Source: Octopus vulgaris (Eukaryota). Taken from it: a stretch of DNA of 64,000 nt. Numbering within the stretch: the stretch's first letter is position 1; every line of letters starts with the position of its first letter. A program made the translations under genes and the position numbers. The stretch lies in contig OX597830.1 of NCBI GenBank assembly GCA_951406725.2, positions 26,412,001 through 26,476,000 of the forward strand, written 5' to 3'. The notes under the pieces are model-generated. The model was not told where the DNA came from and ran no database searches. It was given only the letters and a program-made list of their open reading frames with translations. Shown in pieces: positions 1 through 18,521 of the stretch.

Positions 1-1330
1 CGAACATCTAGACTCCTTCCCCTCATTCGTCAAATCTTTCCATCCTGCCCTCCACTTCTCCTGCACTATCTCTAACACATCTGTTTCCTTTCTTGACATT
101 TCGGTCAGCATTCATCACTCCACTCTTACCACCTCCATCCACTACAAACACACAGACTCACACTCATACCTAAACTTCTCCTCCCACCCCAAACACACCA
201 AGCTTTCCATCCGCTATTCCCAATTCCTCCGTCTACGCAGGCTCTGTAGTGCCGACCATGCCTTTGACACTCAGTCTCAACTCTCCTCCCCCTTCATCTA
301 ACCTCCTCCCCGACTCCTACTTCGCTTCACTCCTACGTCTTTTCACCCCTACTCTCTTTCCCTCTTCTCTCTTACTCCCTTTCTCTCTTCTCTCTTTCTC
401 TCTGCTCCCTCACTCTCCTTCTCTCCTCTCTCCCCTCCCTCCTCCTTCTTCCCAACCAACTCTCCTCTCTTGCCCCGACTCCTACTTCTCTTCATTCCTA
501 CTTCTCTTCACTGCTACTTCTCTTCACCCCTACTCTCTTTCTCTCTTCTCTCCTACTCTCTTTCTCTCTTTCTCTCCCCTCTATCCCTCTTCCCGCTTAC
601 TCCCTTTCTCTCTTCTCTCTTTCTCTCTTTCCTCTTTTTCTCTCCTCTCTTATTCTCTTTCTCTCTTCTCTCCTACTCTTTCACCCTCTCTTTCTCTCTT
701 CTCTCTTACTTTCTTTCTCTCTTCTCTCCTCACTTACCCACCTTTCCCTCCCCATAAGCCCACACACCCCTACACATTCCTACTCCACCTTCCCATCCCC
801 CATCCTATCCCCCACATACCCCACCTCTACCCCAACCCGAAGCCGATCCCACACCCCACCCGTGCTTTCCCCACTCTTGCCTTCCCCACCTTCCAACAAC
901 ATCACACCACACCACACTACACCATACAACATTACACATCACATCACTACACACCACCCACACACCCATCCCCACATTTTCACGCCTACACATACATACA
1001 CGCTCACGTCCAGACCACCAGCCCTCTTTCACATACTCTCTTATACACATACGCACATACATACTCTCTTATGCACACACGCACCTTCGTGTTGGGGGTT
1101 ATCTTTACCTTGTTATCTCCCCTACTTTCCTTCTCGTGTGTGACCCTTCTTTCTGAGGCAGATGCCATGATAGATTGTTAGCCACTACACACCTTTTTTT
1201 TCTCTCCTTGTTTTCCCTGTCCCTTTCTGTAGAAGAGCGTATGCTCGAAACGTAAAATACTTTTTCTATTCCTGAGCGTTATACTAATACACTTGTTTGT
1301 TTTGTACACCACCTGTCTTCGTCTTTAGAT
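1..1330 (+). mobile_element. Penelope-like retroelement fragment (RT C-terminal part plus pyrimidine-rich 3' tail)
   Basis: 1-290 translates to SFLDISV...TTSIHYKHTDSHSYLNFSSHPKHTKLSIRYSQFLRLRRLCS, typical PLE RT thumb-region motifs. The tail carries a hammerhead-like motif and ends at (TA)n. Confidence 0.75.
1219..1260 (+). ncRNA. Minimal hammerhead-like motif, core variant CUGUAGA
   Basis: CTGTAGA-A-GAGC(GTAT)GCTC-GAAA-CGT-A with a palindromic ACGT stem III. One core mismatch, weak stem I. Confidence 0.5.
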
Positions 1331-1791
1331 TTTTCCGTAAACTCTCCCTATATATATATATAAAAGAGCAAAAGGTAATGCTATGCTACTTTGTAATAAC
1401 CCTTATTATTGACACACATAATATATATATATATATATATATCAATTACACACAGACACATATACGTAGACAAACACACATCCACACATAAATTATCCAG
1501 ATGGGTATCGTACAAGCACTCGGTTATAATCCGGATTATCGATTATAATCCGGAGCACCTCGGATTACTTAGCGTGAATGATCGCACTGTAATTCCTCGA
1601 TAGGCAAATCATGGTTTTGCTTCACTGGATTATGAATACGGAGATTAATACAGAGATTAAAACAGCTACATATTTTATTCCTACAGTCAATTTTACAACA
1701 TATTTAGATTAAATTTGTCCTGCGTACATTTCTGCTGTATAGAATTCATAGATTCAATTGACCTTGAATCCAATTATTTTCTACTGGTTAG

Positions 1792-1843
1792 CATTCTATA
1801 CAACTTCGTTCAAGAGTCGATCGTGGATATGGTCTGAAACGAA
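1792..1843 (+). CDS. Possible 52-nt exon of the PAN-domain gene, copy 1 (phase uncertain)
   Basis: ttttctactggttAG acceptor and a strong GTAAGT donor. The phase-0 reading HSIQLRSRVDRGYGLKR joins the next exon in frame. Confidence 0.35.
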
Positions 1844-2323
1844 GTAAGTTTATGTTTGGGTAATGTTATTTAGCTAGGTTACGAAAGTTTTTAAAAGAAA
1901 AGTGTATTTCGTATAACCTGATATGGCTACCAAGACTACAATGTAGTTGACTTAGGTTTACATTTTAAATAGGAGGGTATGTATGGGAGTGTGTTGGTGT
2001 ATCTCAGGGCCCGATTAAGACACATAGAGACCCTAAGCACTTAAAAGATATCGATGCTCTAATGTATATCTAATTCAAAATATAAACAATAATAAATAAT
2101 AAAATAAATTTTTCCGATCATATGAACCACTTTGAATATATTTTAGCAAGTTTAAAGTGATTTCTTTTGTGCCACAAACAGTTTAGCATTTTGTGGTACC
2201 CTCCTTCACTTTATGCCCGAAGAAGGTACTTATTTTGCTTAATAGTAAATCAAGCGATGATGTATGTATTTTAAGTATACGTTTATACACAACTAGTAGT
2301 AAAATTACGTCGTTGTATTTCAG

Positions 2324-2413
2324 ACAAGTTTGACAACCAAGAGAGGGTTTTGACGGATATGAACAAAAACGGATGTAATGTGAAATTTCTATTCCATCTC
2401 AGAATGATAGAGG
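2324..2413 (+). CDS. 90-nt internal exon of the PAN-domain gene, copy 1
   Basis: ttgtatttcAG acceptor, GTAAG donor, phase 1-1. Only one frame is open: KFDNQERVLTDMNKNGCNVKFLFHLRMIE. Confidence 0.6.
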
Positions 2414-3427
2414 GTAAGATAAAGTTTTCAGTAAATTATTTCTGTATCATTTATATTTAAGTTGCAATTAAATAAAAGATCTCAATGACAATGTGGACGC
2501 TATCCGATTGTTTTATTTGTAAGAGGCCGACTGATATTTGTTGTTCTGTTTCACACAAGAGGCATTTAACTCCTGTAATGTTACTTTCTTTGTGTTGGTG
2601 TCCTACATCTGGAATTCTTTAATGGCATTCTATAAAATTTATTTCTTGTCTATTGATAAAATTTATTTTACTTAATTTTTTATACATATAAATAATTCAA
2701 TATTTATATTTTATGCCTTTCAATTTTGATTTCAGTAATAATTACTCTTTGTCTCTAAGAAACGTTGCCGGTACAAAGAGTAGAGTAGAAAGAGAAATTC
2801 TTGCACAGGAGCGATAATAATCTCATTTAAAGCATCGTAGAACGTTCGGTATGGCCTTAAGTTAATGTGAACATGAGAGAGCGCAAAAGGAGAGAGAAAA
2901 GGCATTTCAATTTAGTGACATTACAAGCTTGCTTCCCAAAGACACCATATTTTTCTCTCAATTTTCCCTGCTTATTTTTCACTTCGAACTTTAGAGGCAA
3001 TGTTTTTAAGCTTTAATTTTCGTGTCCAGTAGTTTTTCAGGTTCGATTAATTAAGTATATTCTTACCCCTGCGACAGTATATTCTCTACAAGTAGATAGC
3101 GACGCGCACAGACATACATGCATGCATACAAATATATGTATATACAAACACGGATGTTACGAAAGTAAGGTAAATGGGGGCATAACTTTTTTTATTAACT
3201 GACATTGGTCATATTAACAAAGCAACACTTCCCCTATACCAATGTACTACTCACAACAATCTTCACCCAAGTGATGCATTTGTACCATTCTTAAACACAA
3301 CTCACGAATTCTCTTTGAGGAATATTAGATATGAAATTTTGAGAAATTTCAGTTTTCAGAATCTTGCTTATTTTTTTGCCTCATAATGGCGACTCTAATC
3401 CTTCTAAGATTTATTAAAAGTTATATA

Positions 3428-3580
3428 AGCGCAGGAGTGGCTGTGTGCTTACCAACCATACGGTTCCGGGTTCTGTCCCTCTGCGCGGCACCTTGGGCAA
3501 GTGTCTCTTACTATAACCTTGGGCCGACCAAACACTTGTGAGTGGATTTGGTAGACGGAATCTGAGAGAAGCCCGTCGTA
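3428..3580 (+). mobile_element. tRNA-derived SINE family A, 5' half (3' half at about 7825-8050)
   Basis: GCGCAGGAGTGGCTGTGTG...GGCACCTTGGGCAAGTGTC matches the intact copy at 22311-22707. It is split at its internal (TA)n by nested insertions. Confidence 0.8.
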
Positions 3581-7645
<4,065 letters not shown>

Positions 7646-7652
7646 ATATATA

Positions 7653-7802
7653 CAGTTGCGGCCAAAATGTTCAGAACGATATTGTTTTCGTCAGAAAAGT
7701 AGGTATAATTTTTTATCAAATTTGTTTTATATTCTATAATTTTCACAGACAATAAATACGATATTATTTGTTATTGTCTGATATTGTCTGAGGCTGCAAC
7801 TG
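7653..7802. mobile_element. Small Tc1/mariner-type MITE
   Basis: TA|CAGTTGCGGCC ... GGCTGCAACTG|TA. The paralogous copy is at 56250-56399. Confidence 0.65.
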
Positions 7803-8410
7803 TATATACATATATATATAAATATATATTTGTGTGTTTGTGTGTCTGTGTTTGTCCCCCCAACATCGCTTGAAAACAGATGCTAGTGTGTTTACGTCCT
7901 CATAACTTAGCGGTTCGGCAAAAGAGACGGATAGAATGAGTACTAGGCTTACAAAGAATAGGTCCTGGGGGCGATTTGCTCGACTAAAAGCGGTGCTCCA
8001 GCATGACTACAGTCAAATTACCAAAACAAGTAAAAGAGTATAATAGTAAAAGAGAGATACATCTTATCAATATTTAGTATATATACATATCATCAAACTC
8101 ACACACGCAAACATGGACACACACACAAACACACACACATATGTATATATTAGAAAAAGAAGGGAAATTTCGAACACAGGAAAGTATGTGAAGACTCTTA
8201 AAGAATGGTCTGAACAAATTCTCGCAAGGCGATAAACCGTAGCCAACAACCCACTACGGGGAATCGACGATTCTCTGTACATGGCTTGCTGGTCACATTT
8301 TCTTGACTTACAAGATTGTTTCTAGTCGAACTAGTAAGCAGCTTCTCTTAATTTCTAAAAAACACTAACTCATCCGACACGTGGGTGCACACACACAGAC
8401 ACACACACAG

Positions 8411-8442
<32 letters not shown>

Positions 8443-8621
8443 ATACACACGCATATATATATATATGCCCGTGTGCACGGCATATGGCGCAGTGGTTAAG
8501 AGTGCGGGCTACTAACCCCAAGATTCAGAGTTAGATTCCAAGCAGTGACCTGAACACTAACAATAATAATAATAATAATAATTAATAACATCCAAAATAC
8601 CTTAGGAATGAGAGATAGATT

Positions 8622-8688
<67 letters not shown>

Positions 8689-8859
8689 GTCTATACATAT
8701 ATGAATATAAATACACCTGAGTCTGCATGTATGGGTGTGTGTATGAGTTTTTAAATGAATGAGAGCGTAGATATATGAACATTCACAACTGTAAATACAG
8801 AATTTTGTAACAAATGTTCCTTCCATTCATATTGTTTTAACTTATTCATATTTTTACAG

Positions 8860-9056
8860 ACAGAAGCGGTATTAGCAGTGACTCTATGAAGAGGAGTGTT
8901 CTTTTTGAGGCGAAACGGAATACGTTAGCCGACATAAGGATGAAAAAGTTGCGCTCTGTCGAAGGTAGCATGGCGTGTGCAATCAAATGCATGGAAGATC
9001 TGAACTGTAGAGGATTCAGATATTACTCATACTGTGAAGTAGCTATAAAGTACTGA
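8860..9056 (+). CDS. Terminal exon with PAN/apple domain, gene copy 1
   Basis: tttttacAG phase-1 acceptor. RSGISSDSMKRSVLFEAKRNTLADIRMKKLRSVEGSMACAIKCMEDLNCRGFRYYSYCEVAIKY* shows the C-x3-C-x5-C-x2-F..C PAN pattern. Confidence 0.8.
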
Positions 9057-9197
9057 TTTTGGAAATAATGTTTTAAAACATATTCTTCACACAAACACAC
9101 ATACGTATTACCTATATATCCACACATATGCACACGCCTACACACAAACTCTCATGCACACACTCACACAAATACTCACATACGTAAATACACACAG

Positions 9198-9233
<36 letters not shown>

Positions 9234-9929
9234 ACAGGCACGCACACACACACACACACACACACACGTACATATACGAGAACACACGCATGTTAACACA
9301 CCGTTACACATACTTTCATACATACAAATACACAGACGCAGGTTCGCATACACATGTGGCACACACAGCTACACATCTATATACACACCTCCGCGCAGCT
9401 GCCAGCATGTTTTCGTGCTCTAGGTAAACACATATCTCTCAACGCATTCACATGCCCCTACACTCATACACGTATATACACATGTATACACACACAGACA
9501 CGCACATACACTGACACACAGACACTGAGACCTGCCTTACGCACACAAGTATAAACATACGTACATGCGCTCACACACACACACACACATTCACTCTCAC
9601 ACACACACGTACACGCATATGTACACATAAACGTATACACTTACTGACCTACACACACGTACGCACACATTCACACGCACATGTACAGATACGCGTGGAC
9701 ATGTACAGACACACGTACACGAATACAGACCTACATACGCGTACACATACTCGTATACACCCACACACACACTCTCATAGAGACACACACGTATACATGT
9801 ACGCACACGCACATACATACACTCGCAAGCGCGCACACAGATATACACACACGCACGCACACAAGCATACACACACACACGCATATATTTACACGCACGG
9901 AGAAAATATGCGTTTTTGTTGAAGGATTT

Positions 9930-10335
9930 ACTCTTTTACTTGTTTCAGTCATTTGACTGTGGTCATGCTGGAGCACCGCCTTTAGTCGAGCAAATCGACC
10001 CAGGACTTATTCTTTGTAAGCCCAGTACTTATTCTATCGGTTTCTTTTTCCGAACCACTATTTTATGGGGACGTAAACACACCAGCATCGGTTTTCAAGC
10101 GATGTTCGGGGGACAAACACAGACACAAACATATACACACACATACATACATATATATATATATATATACATATATACGACGGGCTTCTTTCAGTTTCCG
10201 TCTACTAAATCCACTCACAAGGCTTTGGTCGGCCCAAGGCTATAGTAGGAGACACTTGCCCAAGGTGCTACGTAGTGGGAATGAACCCGGAACCATGTGG
10301 TTGGTAAGCAAGCCACTTACCACACAGCAACTCTA
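9930..10335 (-). mobile_element. SINE family A, near full length
   Basis: Reverse complement of 22311-22707. Paralogous copy at 58563-58972. Confidence 0.85.
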
Positions 10336-10844
10336 CAGAAATCTGAGACATTCTTCTCATTTCGAAAGATATCCTAGGTTGTCCATAATATATATTGGAA
10401 ATATATAAGTTCCCCGATTAATCTTGTATTAGTAATGGTTTTGAAAATGAATTCATTGTCACATCGTTGTTTCTATCTTGAAGCTAGAAATATTAGAAAG
10501 GCTTTGTAAAACTGTGAGCAACAATTATTTTGAAATTCAGCACGTGTTCGAAGTTTAATTGCACTAATTTCTTTTATAGATGTGAAATAATTTTATGTCA
10601 AATATTTCTGAAATATATTTCCTATTTTTGTCTGCTTTATATATCTAATACAGACGCTTATTTAAAAGTGCACATACTCACAAACAGATATATGCGTGTA
10701 TATGCGCCATATACGCATATACACGCAAATATGCATACACACATTTGTGCATACATGTATGCTTATATGCCTACATACGAAAATAGATACATACACTCAA
10801 ACATACACACAAATACATACAAATGCACACACACGCACATACTC

Positions 10845-12200
10845 ACCTGCCACCCTCCAATCTGCCCCTCCGAACCTTCCGGCGACTCCAGTCCGACACC
10901 TCCACCTCGCACATCTTGCCCAACCTACACCTTCCCTCCTTAAAACGAGCGCATAACCTACGAGACCTCCTGGACCACAGTTCCTTCCCTAACCCCATCT
11001 CCCAGCCTGGCTCGTTCCCCTGCTCCCGTCCATGCTGCCGCACCAATCCCTACCTCTCCAACACCACCATCCTCACAGGCACCCATCATCTTCCCTATCA
11101 CACTATCGACTTCTTTACTTGTATTTCTAGTATCGTCATTTACTGCATCTCCTGCTCTCTCTTTCTCCTTCCCTGTACAACGGTCAAGCGAAACACCACT
11201 TGGCTGACCGGTTTGCGGAGCACCTCCGAGATATCAGACTCAGCAATGACACTCCAGACTCGCACATTTCTGCTCTGTCATTCGTTACAGCATCTATGTT
11301 TTCGGACTGTCTTTGCACAGGGACCATCCGGACTCCCGTCTTCACCGTGAACAAGAATTAGTCATCTCTCTTTGCTCCTTTGCGCCACATGGCCTCAACA
11401 CACATCTTCTTTTCATCTGGCATCTTCCTCAGCTCCTCTTTTCATTTGACAGCATCCACACCACTCTACACACACTCTAGCAGTGACCACTTCTCAGCAT
11501 CCACACCACACCACTATCCACTCACTCACACACAATCTTCGATAGCATCCCCACTCATACCATTACATGAGTTTCCACACTCACTGTTTAACTAAGTACA
11601 CATACCCTCATGCACACTCCCACACCCTCACAAGCACATAATACCCCGAACACAGACAGTCTATGCTATCACACACACACAAGCACGTAATAACTGAACA
11701 CAGGCAATATCTACATACACACGCAATACGCCTTAACTCACACAACATACACAGACAAAGATAACTTTCGCCCACATTTATACACCATATACATGCACAA
11801 TGTTTAGTCAGAAAGAGAGAGACGCACACATGTGCACACTACATGAGAAAGCACACCTCAACTGCCACACACACACAACACACACACACATACAAACACT
11901 TACTCACTCAAACACACCATTTTCACATACCCACACACACACAAGCGCAGCTTCTTTTGGGATCACTAGTACTTTATTATCTCCCTTTCTTTCAAACTTT
12001 TTTCCCAATCATTCGCCATGCTGGACCGCTGAAATCTACAGGTTTCTTTCATTCTCTCTCTGTTTATTTTCTCTTAATCTTTTCAGTTGATGAGTCTAGG
12101 CTCGAAATATGTTGTCGAGCGTCAAACTAATAAACTTGCTTGTTGTTCATACACCTGTCTTCGTCTTTTATTTTTCTATAAGTTTCTACTATGATTAAAT
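10845..12200 (+). mobile_element. Penelope-like element 3' fragment (Cys linker, degenerate GIY-YIG, tail)
   Basis: KRAHNLRDLL..PGSFPCSRPCCRT..FTCISSIVIYCISC, frameshifted. The tail end resembles 1290-1330. Confidence 0.75.
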
Positions 12201-12439
12201 AAATAAATAAATAAATATATATTTGAGTCACTCAAATACTTCTTCATCGTCGTCGTCGTTATTATTATTACTGTCGACTTTCGACCCTTCGAAGTCAATT
12301 GAATACGTACTAATTGAAAGTGGGTTTGATGTAATTTACTTATATCCTATCCAAAAATAGCTGGGTTTGTGCCAAAATTATTATTATTTTCATAAGTAAA
12401 TAAATTATTATCATTATTATTATTATTATCATCATTATT

Positions 12440-12990
<551 letters not shown>

Positions 12991-13025
12991 ATTTTTTTCT
13001 TCATTTTTTGCTTATTATTTTTCTT

Positions 13026-13145
<120 letters not shown>

Positions 13146-13719
13146 CATTATAATATATATTACATATATAAGAAGCCCAATATACCTATCATGATTACCC
13201 ATCTGATAAACGTACTTCAGGCACATGCATCACAGCTATATGAGTGTGACATGGTCATCTCATATCAAGATAAACAGCGCAGGTCCAGTAGTACTCCCCA
13301 TTCAGAAAGTCCCTGAATAAGGTCTGTTTAAGGATGATGACCGAAAAACACTTGTTTCCAAAGATGAATTATTGAAATCCCACCATAATTCTTCTCAACA
13401 CATGGCTATGATGCTCCTCCATTACTTCTGCTTGTGATCAGAGACGCACATATCATCAGCCACTGAGGGACATGTTCAACTAGTAAGTTCAAAAAAAGGA
13501 CAAGAAAATCTGTGGTATTGAGCAGAATATTTGCTGTAACCTATCTTTTAAACCAAGAAAAAGCAATGTGCATGATAACACTTCCAATCAGTTAAAATCG
13601 GAAGTCATGAGGGCCACAACTTGGTACTGCATCAGGGCGTGAGAGAGCACCACACGCCATGAAAGTGACGAATATACCCATTATGACTATGGGTGTTTGC
13701 TTTCCTAAACAAAATTACA

Positions 13720-14055
13720 TTACAATTTTCTGGTGGATATGAGCTGCATCTAGAAGCAAAGGATAACTTCATTGGAGCTGAAGCCATAGAAGAGATTAAA
13801 GCGCTCGAACTTGGCAAGGCTGCTGAGAGGACGAAATTCAGCCTGAAACGTTAAAAGGCTTAAACAGACTGAGTAATCTGTAGCTGACTTGTATATGCCA
13901 GATGATTTGGGATTCTAGAAAAACACAAAATCCATGGCAATCCGGCGTGATAATTCGAATATTTGAAAAGGAGTTAAGAGACAGTGTTCTTGTTGAACAT
14001 TCCTAATGAAGCCTGCGCTAAATGCCTGGAAAAGCGATGCAGGGAAATTGGATGC
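13720..14055 (+). mobile_element. Degenerate LINE RT fragment (RTE/L2-like)
   Basis: EIKALELGKAA..DEIQPETLK and LLNIPNEACAKCLEKRCREI resemble the region N-terminal to LINE RT. Confidence 0.5.
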
Positions 14056-14674
14056 AAATAGATATAAGTTTTTCTAATGGCGTCTGCCACTGATGTCGAA
14101 AAACGAACAGTAAGCATAATTAAATCTGAGAATGAGATTGAAACAGTAATCGCTCGATAATGTAAAGTATAGAAGCCATCTTATCATGGCTAACCACATT
14201 GGGCAGGGGGTTGTTACTGTAGCTTTATAGGCCCAAGAGTTCTTCGTCTCTAGCTGGCTCTAAACACAATATCTGTGTCTTTGGAGTAATTGCAAAGGGA
14301 GGCCATCCCTTCCTCGTAAGCCAGAGTGATACGCTCGAACTAGTTTCGGGATGTTTAATTATGCTTACTGTTCGTTTTTCGACATCAGTGGCAGACGCCA
14401 TTAGAAAAACTTATATCTATTTGCAAAGGAGCCTTCACTTTCATCACTACCTGGTGGTTGCCGCCCGTTGACGAGGGACAAACATCCCGAAACTAGTTCG
14501 AGCGTATCACTCAGGCTTGCGAGGAAGGGATGGCCTCCTTTGCAAATACTCCAAAGACACAGATATTGTGTTTAGAGCCAGCTAGAGACGAAGATCTCTT
14601 GGGGCTATAAAGCTACAGTAACAACCCCCTCCCCAATGTGGTTAGCCATGATAAGATGGCTTCTATACTTTACA
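14053..14674. repeat. Interleaved inverted repeats A-B-A'-B'
   Basis: A 14053-14124 is the reverse complement of 14354-14425. B 14161-14356 is the near reverse complement of 14480-14674. Confidence 0.9.
14462..14504 (+). ncRNA. Type I hammerhead-like motif (U3 variant)
   Basis: CGCCCG-TTGACGA-GGGA(CAAACA)TCCC-GAAA-CTAGT-T-CGAGCG: stem I 5/6 bp, stem II 4 bp, palindromic ACTAGT stem III. Confidence 0.6.
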
Positions 14675-14763
<89 letters not shown>

Positions 14764-14967
14764 CATATACATATAATTATTACAGATATAGGGTAAAGAA
14801 TTATTAATTTAATAATTAATAAATTTTACCAAGTAGTTTCGGTATGGAAAAAAACCATTATCGGTAAAAACTTACGCAAAAAGCTTTTTTATATATAATT
14901 ATAAATATAATTAAGGGTTTAGCAATAAGTTGCGAAACTTGCGGAGGAGCAACTTGTTGCTAAACCC

Positions 14968-15039
<72 letters not shown>

Positions 15040-15395
15040 CATATATATATATATAATGTTTACTTTGGGGTTGTGGAACTTCTGTGACGGTTTACCCAGG
15101 CTAAAAGTTATCCTACATTGCCCATAATATATATTGCAAACGTACGTTCTCTGATCAAACTTGCATTAGTTATGCTTTTGAAAATAACTTCATCATCACT
15201 ATGGTGTTTCTATGTTGCTGCTACAAACATTATATACGCATCGTATTATTGCAACTGTCATGTGAACTTCAGCACGTGATCGAATTTTAATTTCATTAAT
15301 TTCCTTTATAGATGTGAAATAACTTTGTTAGATACTTCCGAAATGTTTTCTCATTTTCTATGCTTTATATATCAAATAAAAGTGCATAAAAACAC

Positions 15396-15447
<52 letters not shown>

Positions 15448-15507
15448 GCATGTATTTAGTGAGGGAAGAAATGGAGTTGAACGAAGATTCCACAAAATAC
15501 CTTTTTA

Positions 15508-15595
15508 TTATTTTCTACATATGTTTCAAAGGCTGCAAATTCCCTAATTCGGATTGAATAAGGAGACCATTTTGCAGCTTTCTCTTCAGGAAAAT
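15508..15595 (-). ncRNA. Type I hammerhead ribozyme in PLE tail
   Basis: Minus strand reads TTTTC-CTGAAGA-GAAAGCTGCAAA..TTTGCAGCCTTT-GAAA-CATATG-TA-GAAAA. Core intact, GUA cleavage site. Confidence 0.75.
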
Positions 15596-16200
15596 CCAGG
15601 AACTTAAATCTCCAAACAAATGCGCAGCAAGCTTTTCGACAAACGCTCTCTGGGAGCCCATGGTATGAATGGCACAAAACTGTCTCTCAATATGCGTTGA
15701 CGTCAGGGTGGGTGAAAGCCGACGAAAAAGTCCGTTGAGATAATTCGAGGTCAAAATCCGGTTAACATTGGAGGGGAAGAATTACAGAAAACCAAAGAGT
15801 GTGAATATATTCTGTATAACTAGTGCTAATATTCGAATTGTTTTAAGAATGAAAGCTATCGTATTTGGGTGTGAGAAACTACCTACATGTATGTGTGTGT
15901 GCGCCTATGTATGTGTGGCAGTATGTTTAGGAAGCAACTAGGGAGAAATGTATTGCAGCTATTGATGGTCAAGCAGCTGATAAAAACCTGTGTCTGTGTG
16001 TTCGTCTGTGACCAGTTTATAGAGAGATGACTTGTCAACAAGGGGAGTATAATCCCTGATAGTGTTTCTAAATAAGTAGCAGATTGTACGCTAAAAGGGG
16101 AGTAATTTCCCCTTTCAAATTTAATTCAAAATTTTTTGCAAATTTTTTTCAAAAATTTTTTTCCTTTCTTAGGACATCAAGGTGTTAATCATCTTAGACT

Positions 16201-18035
16201 TCAATTGTATGCAAGAAATGTATGCCGCCTCCAGTGGGGACATCTAAAAGAGTTTTGCAAAATCGAGTTAACTAGTTGCCCTCGGGCGAACAAAATGTGA
16301 AAAAGTTCAGAGTTGAAAAGATTACAGATTCTTTTGCCTCTATCAAACGGTACAGACACCGATAAAATCGACCATTCCAGTCTAAAGGCTGAATTCGCGT
16401 TCTTCAAACGCCAGACTAATTTACTTGTCCGGTCGCGTGTTGCTTTCCAAAATCGCGAAACGTTGTGAAGTGGTTCGATATTCTAACGGCCAATTTTGAT
16501 GATGACGCTCCGATATACAAGTAGACATCTGATTCAGTATAAACTCTGCATTGGTAAATGGCATTTCTAATCTTGGAATTACTAGATAAGAACCTTATTC
16601 TATTGGGATTGGCTTCCGATATTAATACTGCGTTCTTATTACTATGATGATTGTAAGAACTACGGCTGTCTTCGACATTATACACCCCATTATCAATACT
16701 ATTTAATGGAATATCACCTGTATATTCCCTGCCACTGAGATCGCTGTGATTGCTCATGTCCGTGATGCTACTGTTGTTAAAACCGCTGCTTAAATTGTTA
16801 TTGGAACTCCCTACATTAATGACTCGGACAGTGCTCTCATCCCTATTACCATTGCTAACGTTAATGCCGCCACCATTGCTCTTATCCTTATTCCTATTAT
16901 TAACTCCATGGCTGGTATGGAGATTGCTAATCTCTGTGCCGGTTCTATTATCATTATTATTATTATTATTATTACTGCGCGTTATTCTGGCATTAGACGG
17001 AGCTGCGTCTCCGAACGTGGGTGAGAGGGTCTTATTTAGCAGCTTATTGTTATGGGAGGAAATTATCTGTGAGAGATTTTTAGTATTGGAGAAGGCTATC
17101 CTAACTTTGTGTGAGTTAACAGTGGCGTAATATCTGGAATTTCTGGGAAAATTACTGGCAATGGCTTGGCGAAACTGCAGGGGTAGGTTAGATCTTATTT
17201 GTTTACCAAAGGGAATTACAAACCAAATATATTTATTCCTGTTTTTATACTGGGTCGGGGAGTCAACTCTGACATTAAGGTGGGTATTTCTAGGTTTTGG
17301 CTTACTATGGCCTCCCCTGGACCGCAAATTATTTATGTTATCTCTATTTATTCTAGATGTACTTGTTTCGACATTCCTCAGGCTACCATCACTACTTAAA
17401 TTATTTATGTTATTGTAGCTGGCCCTATCCTGATGACAGAATGCTAGCTTCGGAAGGGCCGGATCTATATATACTACATTCTCCCTATAACCGGCTTTAG
17501 ACAGGGCGGCATTATAAAATTCCGCTTTCTGCCTAAAAATGTCGACATTGGCAGACAAATTAGTTAATCTTTGAGAAATATTTTTAACCAAATTGTCTGT
17601 TATAGTTTTAGCGTGGTTCGAGAAAACACTGACATACTTTAAGTTAGTGGAAGGCTTGTGGTAGGGGCAGTAAGAATCGCTATGCAGGTTTAGTGTGACA
17701 TCTAAGAAATTAGCCTTAGTAAGTTCGTTATCAAAAACTATACTCATGCCCATCCTATTAAAGACCCTAGCTAATCTATTTTTAGTTTTCTGTACGATTC
17801 TGTTCGGGGTGTTTTGTAGGTAAAACAGACAATATTCACGATATAGGCCGCCACCGATGTCCGGGAATTGGTCGGATAATTCGTAGAGCATAAAGATTCC
17901 GACCAAATCGGCAATCTGCGCGCTATCTGAACTACCCATAGGTACATCGAACTCGTTGGGAGTATCCTTACGAACCCACAACTTATTTTCAAACTTTATA
18001 AATGATTTTCTGGCGACTAGAATTATATCTATTTC
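16201..18035 (-). pseudogene. PLE reverse transcriptase / GIY-YIG endonuclease, disrupted
   Basis: FDVPMGSSDSAQIADLVG, GLYREY (DD lost), NFLDVTL, YHKP, AIYQC..YLYIG. A 1-nt frameshift near 16428 is seen by comparison with 47090-47130. Confidence 0.85.
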
Positions 18036-18285
18036 TTCTCAGCCTTTGAAACATATGTAGAAAATAATAAAAAGGAATTTTGTGAAATCTTCGTTCAGCT
18101 CCATTTCTTCCCTCACTAAATATATAAAACTTCAATTATCTGCACTAAGGCACGGTTGCGATATCCCATGGTCGTAACCTCAACCGTGATTTTTCTGTTG
18201 TGATTTTTGCTACCCAGGTATCGGTAATAATTTGAATAATCCGTAACAAGATAATTCATTTATCCATTTCAATAAAAATATATAG

Positions 18286-18356
<71 letters not shown>

Positions 18357-18361
18357 CATAC

Positions 18362-18432
<71 letters not shown>

Positions 18433-18437
18433 CATAC

Positions 18438-18521
<84 letters not shown>

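Larger units (their letters stand above)
15443..18275 (-). mobile_element. 5'-truncated Penelope-like element with inverted pLTR fragment
   Basis: RT and GIY-YIG ORF. 18040-18130 is an inverted copy of the tail at 15443-15534. Flanked by (TA)n. Confidence 0.9.

Noticed and set aside
249-1181. 310-aa Ser/Leu/Pro-rich ORF
   Set aside because: Stop-free translation of CT-rich low-complexity PLE tail sequence.
16750-17130. Leu-rich ORF resembling a membrane protein
   Set aside because: Antisense shadow of the Asn-rich PLE linker.
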